Below are positions 22,331 through 34,200 of a stretch of 64,000 nucleotides of DNA, piece after piece. The notes beneath the pieces were generated by a model. It saw only the letters and a list, made by a program, of their open reading frames with translations, was not told where the DNA came from and made no database searches. This DNA comes from Ruditapes philippinarum (lineage: Eukaryota), in contig NW_026861498.1 of assembly GCF_026571515.1 (NCBI RefSeq), positions 62,001 through 126,000 on the forward strand, written 5' to 3'. Position numbers and translations under genes: made by a program. Within the stretch, counting starts at the first letter, position 1, and every line of letters begins with the position of its first letter.

Positions 22331-24369
22331 GAATATCGGTAAAATTTGAATCCTCATATAAAGGTCACCTAGGACATTTAAATCGGCAAAAAGAAGCGAT
22401 TGATTTTATGTTAATATACTAAGTATTAAGTTAGAAATCGTTTTATGTGATATTAAACCTGATATGATTTAAAAGCGTTAGAATACTTAATACCTGAGTT
22501 AATGTGCACATTTAAATGGTTTTCAACAAACAAACGGACAGAACGATTGTTCTGAAATTGTGCATACAAGTTATTGGTCCTGACCTACGTCTAATGGTAT
22601 AGACCTCTTGAAAAGGTGAATCAAGTCTCTGTATACTCAATTATGAAAAAGCTTGCCACGTATTTTTACATCATACGAGAGTCCACCTCATGAAACAGAT
22701 CAGTACTGGTGTCAAATTAGGAAGCATGGTCATGACCGCATTAACATGACCACTCTAATATAAGCAGCATACATTTCAAGGCCCGTTCAGCCTAAAAATG
22801 CATTTTCTATTTCTCAAAAGCTTTTTATTTTTGTTGTCCTGTTATATTTTTCAAAAGAATACTAACTGACCAAGTGCCTGAACAATGGCACATTTTGGCA
22901 ATTAGTACAAATAAAGTGATTAATTATTTTGTATAGAAGTCAAAATAATTCTTTGTTTATATTTAGCTACTTTTATGACAATTGTTTTGCAAGTCAGCAA
23001 TACTTTCTTCAGGTTGAAAACATCTTAAATGTTGTGAAGCCATTAATTTAACGTTATGAAACTCATCTTTGCCCTTTCTAAAGAAAAAAATGTTTACTGG
23101 TTTATGAGGCATAATGTGCGTTTCATCTGGAACTGAAAACAAAACAAAAGTGTCTTTGTCAATAAGGAAACAAAAAACGAAGGTAAACAGACGTAAATCG
23201 CTCAGAAATGATCAACGTTTTAAATGCTACAGTGTACTGAAAGAGCAGATTAAAGGTCACGTCATTTTTTGGTCTAAACGTGACTTCACGTAACGATTTA
23301 TCTCGGAACTGTGAGTCGGGGTTCATCTCACTTTGAAAGGCACCGGAAAATTTGCAGATTTTATCATACACCGTGAATGATAATTCATATCTATATTAAA
23401 TATATCAGAATTATATCATTTCTCTAGGTTTATCTCATCTAAATAATTGACAGACCAATTATTTCAGTTTTATTATAATAACAATAACAAATATAAAAGA
23501 AATTAATTAAGGACAATCTATGCGATGTTCCTTAGTCAATCTTAAAATCTCGTCTCTATGGTATGAGGCTTTGAAGAAATTTTCTAACCTCAAACTCACA
23601 TCTCAAGTACTTGAGTGGTCAGAAATTGTCACAGAATATACATTGACCAATGAAGTCACTGCGAATTGAGAGAGAACTCATAAGATAGTTTTATAACCTC
23701 GAGGGCTGGTCTCCGTGACTTGTACTGTTCAAAAATGTTTTTCAAATAATGGGAGATAAAACAGTTTAGCAGGTTAACGGTTAATTAATCCTTTTTCAGT
23801 TTTTGTCTTAGTTTATTAAACTGGTTTCTTCATGTGAACGCAAGCGCATAGCCAATATTTTCTTTATGTTTCTGTTCTGCCAAAAGAACAATGTAATTAT
23901 ATTACTACACCTGCAGTTGCCAAATCAAATTTTATGTTTTAAAATTAGATAAAATTAAAGTTACTTAAGATATAAATTTTCCCATGGATAATATTAATCA
24001 GTTTGAAATTTGGGAAATGAGAGGAAAGAGATGAAAATACTTTGTCAGCTTCTATAATGTAATTAATCAAAATTACATCTATCGGTATACTTTTTCAAGC
24101 GTATACCGTACATAAATGTTGTAATAAAACACCAGATACATTACTATACAAAGGAAAGTACATGTATTACAAACAAATTTAAAGTAACTGTATCTTCCTT
24201 GATTCACTGAAGCTTGACACCTCAAAATAATTGTATGTCACTTATTTGAAATTATGAAAGCGTCTGTGAAATCAAGGTAAATGTTCAATGTGTATTTAAC
24301 TGCAATGTTATAATAATTTTTCGCATGTCATATTGAGAAAAAAGAAACGCATTTTTATAACTAATTATA

Positions 24370-24940
24370 GTAACACATATGCAATAACAAACTTTATTGC
24401 ATATGTTACTATAATTAGTAATAAAAATGCGTTTCTTTTTTCTCAAAATGACATGCCAAAGTCCCGTATTTGAGCAAGTGTGCCAATAAGCCATATTGGC
24501 GCACTTGCAAAGTGTGCCCAAATCCCATATTGAGGCTATTTCCGGTCGTCACGCACCTGTTATCTAGAAACGGCAGAAAGTCCGCGCGTATTCACGTTAC
24601 GTAACTGACAACCGCATCGAAAAAAATGGCCGTCGAGAGGACATTGAAATCTTTGGCGAAACGCTTGATGGATTTAGATAATCTATCGAACAACAATATC
24701 TATTTTCAAGCAATTAATGAATACATTAGAACAATTACGTTATTGCTTTATTTTATTCAAGTCTGAAAAATTCCTGCGGAACATATGCAATAAACAGGTC
24801 ATTACATGGAGCAAGTGTGCCTTTAGTCGATATTGGCACACTTGGTTCAAATTTGCCCTCGGGCTAAAACTCTCGGGCAAATAAGTCGCCAAGTGTGCCA
24901 ATATGGATTAAAGGCACACTTGCCCCATGTAGTAACCTTT
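24370..24940. mobile_element. Non-autonomous hairpin element (Crypton-like layout)
   Basis: Long imperfect palindrome 24797-24938 (AGGTCATTACATGGAGCAAGTGTGCC..GGCACACTTGCCCCATGTAGTAACCT), with a repeat of its arm at 24472-24520 and ACATATGCAATAA at 24375 and 24781. Family assignment is inference. Confidence 0.6.
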
Positions 24941-26899
24941 ACTTATATCCTCGTTAACTACGTACTATATAGCATAATATGACGTCACATGGTGTTATTT
25001 CATCTATCATCCTGATAACGAATATTAAATACCCGGTCAATATTTTCCCCAGGGGCAAATAATCTTTATGGACTTTACGTAATGTTTGGTTCTCTCTCCT
25101 GATAAAAAAACACCAAAATACAATGACGAATGTGTTAAAAATGCATAATTGTTAAAAAGTACATTTAAATGTTGGTTCAGCTCATCATTGGGTGTTATTT
25201 CAGTTCTCCGGTTGCTAATGTGCACTTTTACATTTGGAGACATTGTGTTATTTTTATAATATTAATAAAAGGTGCAGAAACTTACAAAGATGGTCTATAT
25301 TAATATGCATCATTCGCCCCAGACTCTTCTTATCACTTGAATGAAACCGAATCCTATCTATGCTCTCTTTCAGTCGCATAACCCATAAAGTAAACATAAA
25401 AATGTATTCTACTATAAATGTATTATACAAAAAGTTATGTTCAACAGTCTGTGCAAATTTACTATAATTTCAAACTTCCTCTTTCGAAATTGTTTAAACG
25501 TGAAAACCACAAATTAAAGTATAAAATGTCATACGGTTTCAAATGTTTTTAACGTTTTTAAACTATTTTATCTCGCATAGGTGAACCAGGTTATAACAAC
25601 TTATTAGTTTACCGACTTGGTATTTATATTATCATTTTATCACGTAACTCGTCATAGCACAAAATCCCAATCTGACTTAAGTTCAGATCTATTTATTTCT
25701 ACCATGACGGCCGTATATGTTTCGCCTTCTTTGTAATTCGGATTTCCCGAGAAAGTTATTTTTAGCCATGCAATCAAACCGGTGTTTACAGATAGGCATC
25801 AGAAGAAGTATCAAAATACCTTTATCCGTGGATTTTTTTTATTGTTTTTGTTAGAAAAAAATGTTTGAAGTTTCAACTTGGAAAAATAGATTCAATTTCA
25901 GTTTCTGTACCTTAAGTTAAATATGGAGTGATACCTTAAATATTTTATTTTAACGGTGCACGTGTATTTCGTGGGTTAGTGAGGTATTAAATATAGTGTT
26001 TTCGCGGGTTTTCTACACTCGACGCTTGCATTTGGTAGTACTTCAAGAACTTGTTTAAATACGAAATTATGAGTGTTGAAGAAAATCGGTATTCTCAGCC
26101 ACGTGGAGAATCGTCACAAAGAACAGAAATTGTTGACGAATTGAGGAATAATTTTGAATCTAAATTCAACGACTTCAAGAGGAGCGTTCAGACTGATACA
26201 GAGTGGATTGCAGAAGCTACAAGAAAAAGGTTAGAAAAGATTCATCTGTTACTCTAATAGGTTTATCTAACAATAAACAGTATCAATTCAATTGTGAACT
26301 TGATGATGTGCTTGACAGTATTGATAAGGCTTTTTAGCTAAGACATGCAGGCAAAACTCATGAGTATATTTCTGAAGCAAAACATCTTATCAAACGTAGA
26401 AATAAACCGATCAGAATTTCGCTGACAATTCTCCTTCCGGTTTGGGCACCATTCAAGAGTATGAGAAATTAGATGTGGCTAGCAATTCTGATGACGATAA
26501 AATAATTCGTAAAGCTGAAGACCAGGCCAAAGGTCGTTTCGAAAAGGCCTAACTGTCTACTAATTTTAACCAAAGCTCTCAGTTTAATTTTCGTAGCTTT
26601 CGCCGAACACCGTAATCAAGATATGCCATGGCTGGCGGATCCTCCTACCAACAACAACTTCCCTCAACAGTCGTTTGCTTCAAATGTGGACAGTTGGGAC
26701 ACATCGCATCTGGATGTACACGGGTCAGGACAGGTCCATATACAAAGCCCATCGGTTCCTCAACAGAGTCAAGAGCACCTGAATGTGACAAGCAGGAAGT
26801 CAAGATTAATAAACAATTAATCACAAGATTTTCTTTTGAAGATGATAAGTATTGTTTTTTGGATGACTTGCAATTTTTGTCATCATGAGATATTTTGTG

Positions 26900-28800
26900 A
26901 ATATACAGAAAGAAATATCAAAATTTCTGATTTATCAGTTAAAGGTCGATTTAAACAAGCTTTAGATTTTTGGGAAACTTCGATACAACCTATCGATGAT
27001 ATTCTATCTTGCATAAAGAACGGCTATGTTATTCTATTCTTATCTCAGCCACCAATTTTTTTTTTATGAGAAACAATTAGTCGGCACAAGAGAATAGTGA
27101 TTTTGTAGGCAAAGCAATTGAAAATTTGTTACAAAAACAATATGTTTATGAGCTGCCTTTTTTTACCTCATAATATCCATCCGTTGTCCGTCGCTACAGA
27201 TTCTTCAGGGAAAAAACGTTTGATTCTCTATTTAAGTGTTTTGCATAACTATGTTAAGAAAGGTCGTAATAAATTTGAAGATTACAAGGTTGCCACGGAA
27301 TTACTTTTTCATTGTGGTTTTATATATAAATTTGACCTTTCAAGTGGTTATCATCATATTTCAATCAAACCAATACATCATTCTTACCTTGGTTTTTTAT
27401 GGATTTTTCATGGAAAAAATCATTACTTTGTTTTCTCCGTATTGCCTTTCGGTTTGTCGTCCGCTCCATTCGTCTTTACTAAATTGTTTAGACTTTTAGT
27501 TAAGTTTTAGCGACAAAAAGGGTTAAGAATTGTTCTGTTTCTGCATGATGAGTGAGGTCAATTTGAACATGCATTGTGTGATGCAAATTTTGTGAGTTCT
27601 ACATTACTTAAAGCTGGGTTTTTAACTAACAAGGAAAAATCAGTGTTTGTCCCTGTTCAAAGATTAGAGGGGTTAGGCTTCATTTGGGACCTTCAACATG
27701 GGACTTTGAAAATACCCTATCGTCGTATTTAAAACATTTTATCTTGTATTAGGGTTATGAAGAGTTTTTTGTCCGAGGGTTACTGCTAGGAAGTTGGCAC
27801 AACTGGTAAAATAATTTCTATGATGCCTTTTCTAGGAAACGTGGCTTTATTACAAACAAAATCTTTTTATCAGTTAATAGAAAGAAGGGTTTCCTGGGAT
27901 AACGAAATGAATATTTCAGAATGTTATTTAACTGTTCAGTTCTTGGAAAGTCAATTGTCTTAGCCATTCAATAAGAAGCTGTTCCAAGACTTTTTACCTT
28001 CAGTTATTGCATACTTTGATGCTATTAATGTTGCGGAAGCAGCATTTTTAGTAGAATGTGACAAGGTTAAAGCTCATCGAGCGTGGACAGAGTTTGAGCA
28101 AAATCAGAGTTCTACTTACAGGGAATTATTAGCCATTCATTATGGTCTTAACAGTTTTGTTAGTAAACTGGCAGGAAAATAGTTATTTGGTACACTGACA
28201 GTATAAATTGTGTCAGTATTATAGAAAAGGGCAGTTCAAAATCTAATTTGCAAGAGTTATCTTTACATATATTTCGGCTTTGTGTGCAAAATATAGTATT
28301 TATTTGGATATTAATTGGATACAGAGGGATAATAATAAAGAGGCAGACATGTACAGCAAATTGATAGATTATGATGATTATGGGATATCACAGGATTTCT
28401 TTAGTTTCATAGATCATTTATACGGTCCACAAACAGTGGACAGATTTGCTAATGATTATAATAACAAACTACCTCGTTTTAATTCTTTATATTTCACTCC
28501 TTCATCTGAGAATGTGGATGCTTTTACAGTAAATTAGGGATCGAAAAATAACTTAACTGTTCCTCCAGTCTATTTGATACCAAAGGCTTTAAACTATTTA
28601 TTATATTCTAAAGCTAATGGTACATTAGTCGCCCCTTACTGGCCTTCGAGCCCTTTTCCCCGATGATTTTTGGGGAAACATCAAATCTTAAGCGATTTGT
28701 TTGTGAAACACCTTTGTTTAATGATCAAAAGGATATATATGTTCAAGGCAGAAACAAAGAAACTATTTTTGGTCTACGTACTTTACTAGCAAGGTAATTG
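26900..28800 (+). pseudogene. Disrupted RT-RNaseH-methyltransferase ORF of the YR retrotransposon
   Basis: ORF fragments 26836-27069, 27118-27510, 28280-28537; the catalytic YLDD position reads FLHDE* at about 27538-27555. Confidence 0.85.
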
Positions 28801-28944
28801 TTGCTAGAATAGAATGTTGTTAGTTTTGACTCATATATTTTATGTTTTATGATTGGTTAAAAGGTCATTTTTTGTGAAAAGCAATGCTATAATAATTAAG
28901 CATAATGAAATATTTTGTTTTATTATTGTTTGTCAATTTAACAG

Positions 28945-29944
28945 GCATTTTAACCAGTCAGCGTTGGTTAGATGTACAAGAAATGTGTACATTTTTGCCT
29001 AACAACCAGGAGCTTTTCTCAGAAGTGAGAGACGCCGTGATGTCTTGCAAAGAACAATCTACGATGCGTATTATATAAATATTCTTTTGACAAAGTTTTA
29101 AAATGGTGTACGCAATTACAGTTTTCTTTTTTTTGCCTGCCTCACTGTATTTAGTGTCTTTAATGCAGTACGAGAATGAGTGTTGTGGGAAATCAAAATT
29201 AAATACAGCGTTTTATGCTATTAACTGTGCTCACGAGTTAGCTTCTTAAGAAAATCCATGTAAAGACAATTGGTTAAAATTATGTTTGGAAGGTTGTGTC
29301 AGGAAAGTATGTCGACCAGAGCAGAAAAAACAACCTATTTCTCCTGATATTTTGAAAATATTATTATATACTTTTGCTTCTAAGAATTGTTATCTGGGAA
29401 ATTTGAGAATAGTTACCTTGTGTATTTTGTGTTAAGCTGGGTTTTTTACGAATTAGTGAAGCCTTAGATCTAAAATGGCCCGATGTTGAATTTTTTTATT
29501 CTTATTGTTCTTTACACATAGAAAAGTCTAAAACTGACGTTTATAGAGATGGTCAGAATGTACTCATTGCTAAAACAGGAAACACATCATGGCCTGTAAC
29601 TCTTTTACAAAGATATTTACACGCTGCGAGGAAATCTGATGAATCTACTGACCTATTCTCTCTGGAAAAAAATCTTATATATTGAGAAATCCACCAAATA
29701 AACCTTTATCATATATAGAACTAGAGAAATATTTAAAGACATGTTAACTAGATTAGGATTAGATTCGTCTAAGTATGGCTTACATTCTTTTTGATCTGGT
29801 GCCGAAACTGTAAGTGCTTACTTTAAAACTAGTGAAAGACTGTGGAAAAGACATGGTCGGTCGGAAAGTACATTGGCCAAAGACGTCTATGTGGAAGATT
29901 CTTTGAAGGACCGTTTGTCTGTGTCATTAAATCTACATTTATAA
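28945..29944 (+). pseudogene. Disrupted tyrosine recombinase ORF
   Basis: R..H..R..H..Y-type motifs: RISEAL, HIEKSKTDVYRDG, YGLHSF*SG, WKRHGR, KDVYVEDSLKDRLSVSLNLHL*. Confidence 0.85.
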
Positions 29945-30189
29945 TTGACACTGTTATTAATCAAAAGCCATGTGTTTTGAAACTATTACATTATTTTGCG
30001 ACTTACAATTATCACATCAAATTGTTGTTTGAAAACTATTTCATCCAATAGTGATTTGAAACTATTACTTTATATATCAGTGATAATGTTTATAACCATA
30101 TATGAATCATTTGTAAATTAAGGAAGATTATATTCTTTTCATTCTGTTTGCATATCTTTTTACATCGAATGGTTGCCTTGAATCGAAGT

Positions 30190-30448
30190 GTGCCCCTCGT
30201 TGGGCGGAAGAATTGCCCCTCAATAGGCGGAATTATTGTCCCTCGTTGGGCAAAAGTGATGCCCCTCGTTGGGCGGAAATGTTGCCCCTCGTTGGACGGA
30301 AATGTTGCCCCTACGTGGGCGGAAATGTTGCCCCTCGTTGTGCGGAAGTGTTGCCCCTCGTTGGGCGCAAGTGTTGCCCTCGTTGGGCGGAAGAGTTGCC
30401 CCTCGTTGGGCGGAAGTGTTGCCTTCTGTTGGGCGGAAGTGGTGCCCT
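30190..30448 (+). repeat. GC-rich ~22-bp minisatellite (TGTTGCCCCTCGTTGGGCGGAA), about 12 copies
   Basis: Head-to-tail units seen directly; no unique spacers. Confidence 0.93.
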
Positions 30449-31165
30449 GTTAGATTTTTATATAACCGAGTTATATAGTTTTACATTTTTTCGCTAGAAA
30501 CTACGAAGCAAATTTTAATATTTTTAATCTTTTAATATTTATAAAAATATTTATACTATTTATGTTGTTTTGGACATATTATAAACTATCGGTTTTTGGC
30601 GAAAATTTTAATAAGATTTTCAAAAAAACAGATGAAACTGACATGGTCACGTCTTGCATTGAGTCTCTGGTGTACTACAGTTTATACAGGCCTAGCTAAG
30701 AGATGGAAATACTCTGAATGGATATGTTTCTGGTATATATATGTATCTGGGTTACATCATTCTTTTACTGATAATTTGTTTAAAAGATTTGATTATTTTA
30801 TTTTCCAGACGTGATACCCTCTTTGTTTTACTCGATATGTTCTACCAAATATTAAGCGTTATTCCTATGTATTTGTTGTTGTTTCTTGCTATAGTAGATT
30901 AGAGAATAATTGATTACCTCTCGACATAAGAAAGGGTAAATGAAATTATTCTTGTATCGAATATAGCTTAAATGAGCGTTTATGTATGTTTTTTGTACCT
31001 TAAGTTTAATATGGAGTGATACCTTAAATAATTTCTTTTAACGGTGCGCATGTATTTCGTGGGCAAGTGGGGTATATACATAAAAGCAATATCCTCATTC
31101 GGGAAGTAATTGGTAACGTTTAACAATAGTTTCATCAGTTGAAGTTTTAAACAAATAAGGAAACA

Positions 31166-31229
31166 ATGGGGATTCGTGTATTTATCATTTGCTTTGTGAA
31201 TTTGGTTTATCTCCTTAGTTTTAACAGAG
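31166..31229 (+). CDS. Gene 3 signal-peptide exon
   Basis: MGIRVFIICFVNLVYLLSFNR then G|gtgagg; phase 1. Confidence 0.82.
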
Positions 31230-34200
31230 GTGAGGAAATGTTGATTTTTTATTATAATAACAGAATGTGTGTTAATATCATTGATGATAGTAAAGTGAGT
31301 GTGCATACATATTATTGTAAGGTTGGATTGCGAAATGATATTACAATAATTGCACTATTATACACTGCATTCTACGATCATACCGAAGAGAACTGACTAA
31401 AATATATGTTCTTAATTTTGATCAAATATGCAATCTAAGAAGTTAAAAGTTGAACATTAATCATTGGTAATTTGATAATTTTTGTATGCGTTTATATATT
31501 TACGTAAAATATGTTAGTAAGGTTATATTAAAATAAAGATAATGATTCGTCAAGAGACAAAATTCGTTCCACTGTTTATGAAAATGTAGCCTATAAAACA
31601 AACACACATCACATTCAAACCATGTCCGCCTGTCAGTATCTGCAATGTTTAAGTAATGAATACTTATTAACAGACAACATCACATGAAAAGGATCATGTA
31701 TTCTCTATTTGTTATGCCTCTTCACAAGGGTAAAACTTACAAATATTTCAAGTCTGACACAAACCCTATGAGCAACGACCACCTCTCAATTACAGCCAAT
31801 GTTGGACTATCCGGCTGCTGGCTGTTAAACTGTGCATTGTTGGCTGTCTAACTTCAATTTTTCATTTTGCTATTCCAATTATTGAAAATGTTCAGTTTTG
31901 TCAATCACAGTCGGGCAGAAAAAAACTTTCCTTGTTCACTTCATAATACTTTACTTTAAAACAGATTTTCAGAATTTTTATGAAAATAAGCATGACTCTA
32001 AAGGCATGCTGCTTTAACGTGTACGTGAAAAACCATAAAATGATATTTCATGTTAACTTATCTATCTAAAAATTATCTATAAAATAATCATTCTTTTACA
32101 TGTATTCTTGTAGTGCTAGGTCAATACATTCCAAAAGAGGAACTACGAAACAAGACCACTTGTGACTTAAAAATTAATTTGGATATAACCTGTGGCAGTG
32201 ATGGTGTTATTGTCATACAATCGTTCTATTTTTACTATCATCCGACTTGTGAAGCAACATGCTGTGACTTCGATAGTGCTCATTACAAAATAGGGGCAGA
32301 CAGCGATGACATCACAACTGTAAGGCGTTTGTGCTCCGGAAGGACTGATTGCAGTCTCGAACCGCTTGAAGGTATTCGAGATTTTGGCGTAGAAGCAAAA
32401 CCTCAGGAGCCGTCATACGTTGTCATTTATCACTATTGTGTACCTGGTAAGTAGAATGGTAACTTACAATACCTGGGAAAGGTGTATTCATTAAAACACC
32501 GAAATAACATAAAAATTGCAGACACGGTACATGAGGAATCATAAAAAATGCAACATCCCTCACGCTCCCTAGCACCGGCTTGAGCAGTACTTAATTATTT
32601 AAACTAAAAGTGCTGCAATCAATAACCCCGAAAGACCAGAAAAATATAACAACACTGAAGTGAAGTACGAGGCAACTTTTTGCAGCTGCCAAACGGCAAG
32701 TTGGTGGCAATCAAATCGACACATCAGTGCAGACCAAGATCAGCCTTGTATACGGTGTAGACTGATCATGATATGCACTGTTCGCTATTTATAGTCAGTA
32801 ATTATTTTGAAATGTTCACTAAAAATGATGAATATTTTTGTCAAGATTAGATAATGTGCAAGTCTATTGTTGGATATCATTCAAGGACGTCAAAATATAA
32901 AGAATATTCGTCTAAAAATAAATAAATAAATAAAATAGATTGTTTATTATGAATGTATCTTAATGCCATAAGCTTAATTATAGAAATTTCCGATAATTAT
33001 GACGTTGTCAGCTTTTTTTCTTTTTGCAATCGAAAATAAATATGATTTCATTTAAAATTAAAAATAAATGACGTTATCGTTTACAGATGAAATTTAATGT
33101 CATTTAAAACGTTATTATTTTCTTTTGCTCTCGTTTAGAGTCGAGAATAACAAGCTGCTCAGGAACCAGCCTTGTATCTGCGGGAGAACCGATATATCTC
33201 ACAAGCAACGATTACCCACGTGTGGCGACAGAGGACAGCTCGTGCACTTGTTCAGTAGAAGTTTTCTCGTGCACGTCACGCGTTAACAGTTATATTATCG
33301 ACGCTGACATGTATTTAGATCAAGTCAATTGTGAACAGAATATTGACTTTCTTGATGGGAGAAGCACATCTTTGGACAAAATTGATTGTAGAAGTTACTC
33401 TGTTAACGAAATAGTTACGAAAAGTTTTGCAACAAATTATATAAAGATTGATTTTAATGATAACTCTGATCAGAATCAAGAAGGGTTCTTCTTTCTCGGA
33501 TTTGGAGGTAATGTGGATTTTTTATGTAATTTCAATGACATTGCTATAAATTATACATTTCATTTTGTGATACAAAACATAGTCGTTACCTGATAAAGGC
33601 TCAAACCTATGGCACCTGTGTTAAGAAGCAGTCATGTTTTTGTCCCCTTTTTTAAAATTGCAATATGGCTAAACATTATTACTTTACAGCAGCAACATTG
33701 AAACACTCACTGGAAAACGTATTGAGACATATACGAACAAACCTGTAAAATATTTTCAGCCCTTTTTACAATTTACTAGATTACTGTATATAGGTAAATT
33801 CGTTCTATGTGTAAAAATTGTTTTTATCTTAACTTCAGTGACTGAAGAAACTGCTTTTAAACTAAGCTGTTCATTTGAGGAGCAGACAGTATGTATGGGT
33901 AAGTATTAAATATTCTTATAAATTAAAGTAGCAATAACAGTAACGTGGAGAATTGTTATGTCATGATAGTATTTACACAACTCTTTATTCCGCATTTACT
34001 GATACATTGTTTTACTGATACAGCTTAATGCTTCGTGCAATTACCAATCAAATGTATTTTTCTTCTTAAAAAAAAATAGATGAAATGGGAGACAGTATGT
34101 TTCATGTTTAGTTAATAAGCAATCTTTATTTGTCTTTTGAAAATCAAGCCAGTGAATCTTGAGCACAATTTTCGTAGCAATATTCCTCATATCTTCTTAC

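Larger units (their letters stand above)
25906..31075 (+). mobile_element. Degenerate tyrosine-recombinase retrotransposon (DIRS order, probably PAT-like)
   Basis: Gag-like remnant from ATG 26069 with a CCHC knuckle (CFKCGQLGHIASGC); RT (FDLSSGYHHI, VLPFGLSSAPFVFTK); RNase H (SSTYRELLAI, WYTDS, WIQRDNNKEAD); Dam-methylase-like (GPQTVDRFA..KLPRFNS..VDAF); YR (AGF.RISE, KSKTDVYRDG, GLHSF*SG, HGR). Many stops and frameshifts. About 82-bp direct repeats at 25906-25987 and 30994-31075. The true ends are uncertain. Confidence 0.88.

Noticed and set aside
30148-30497. Three overlapping Cys/Pro-rich ORFs and a CRISPR-like appearance
   Set aside because: These are translations of a stop-free 22-bp minisatellite. 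Units are contiguous with no unique spacers, there are no cas genes, and the context is eukaryotic.
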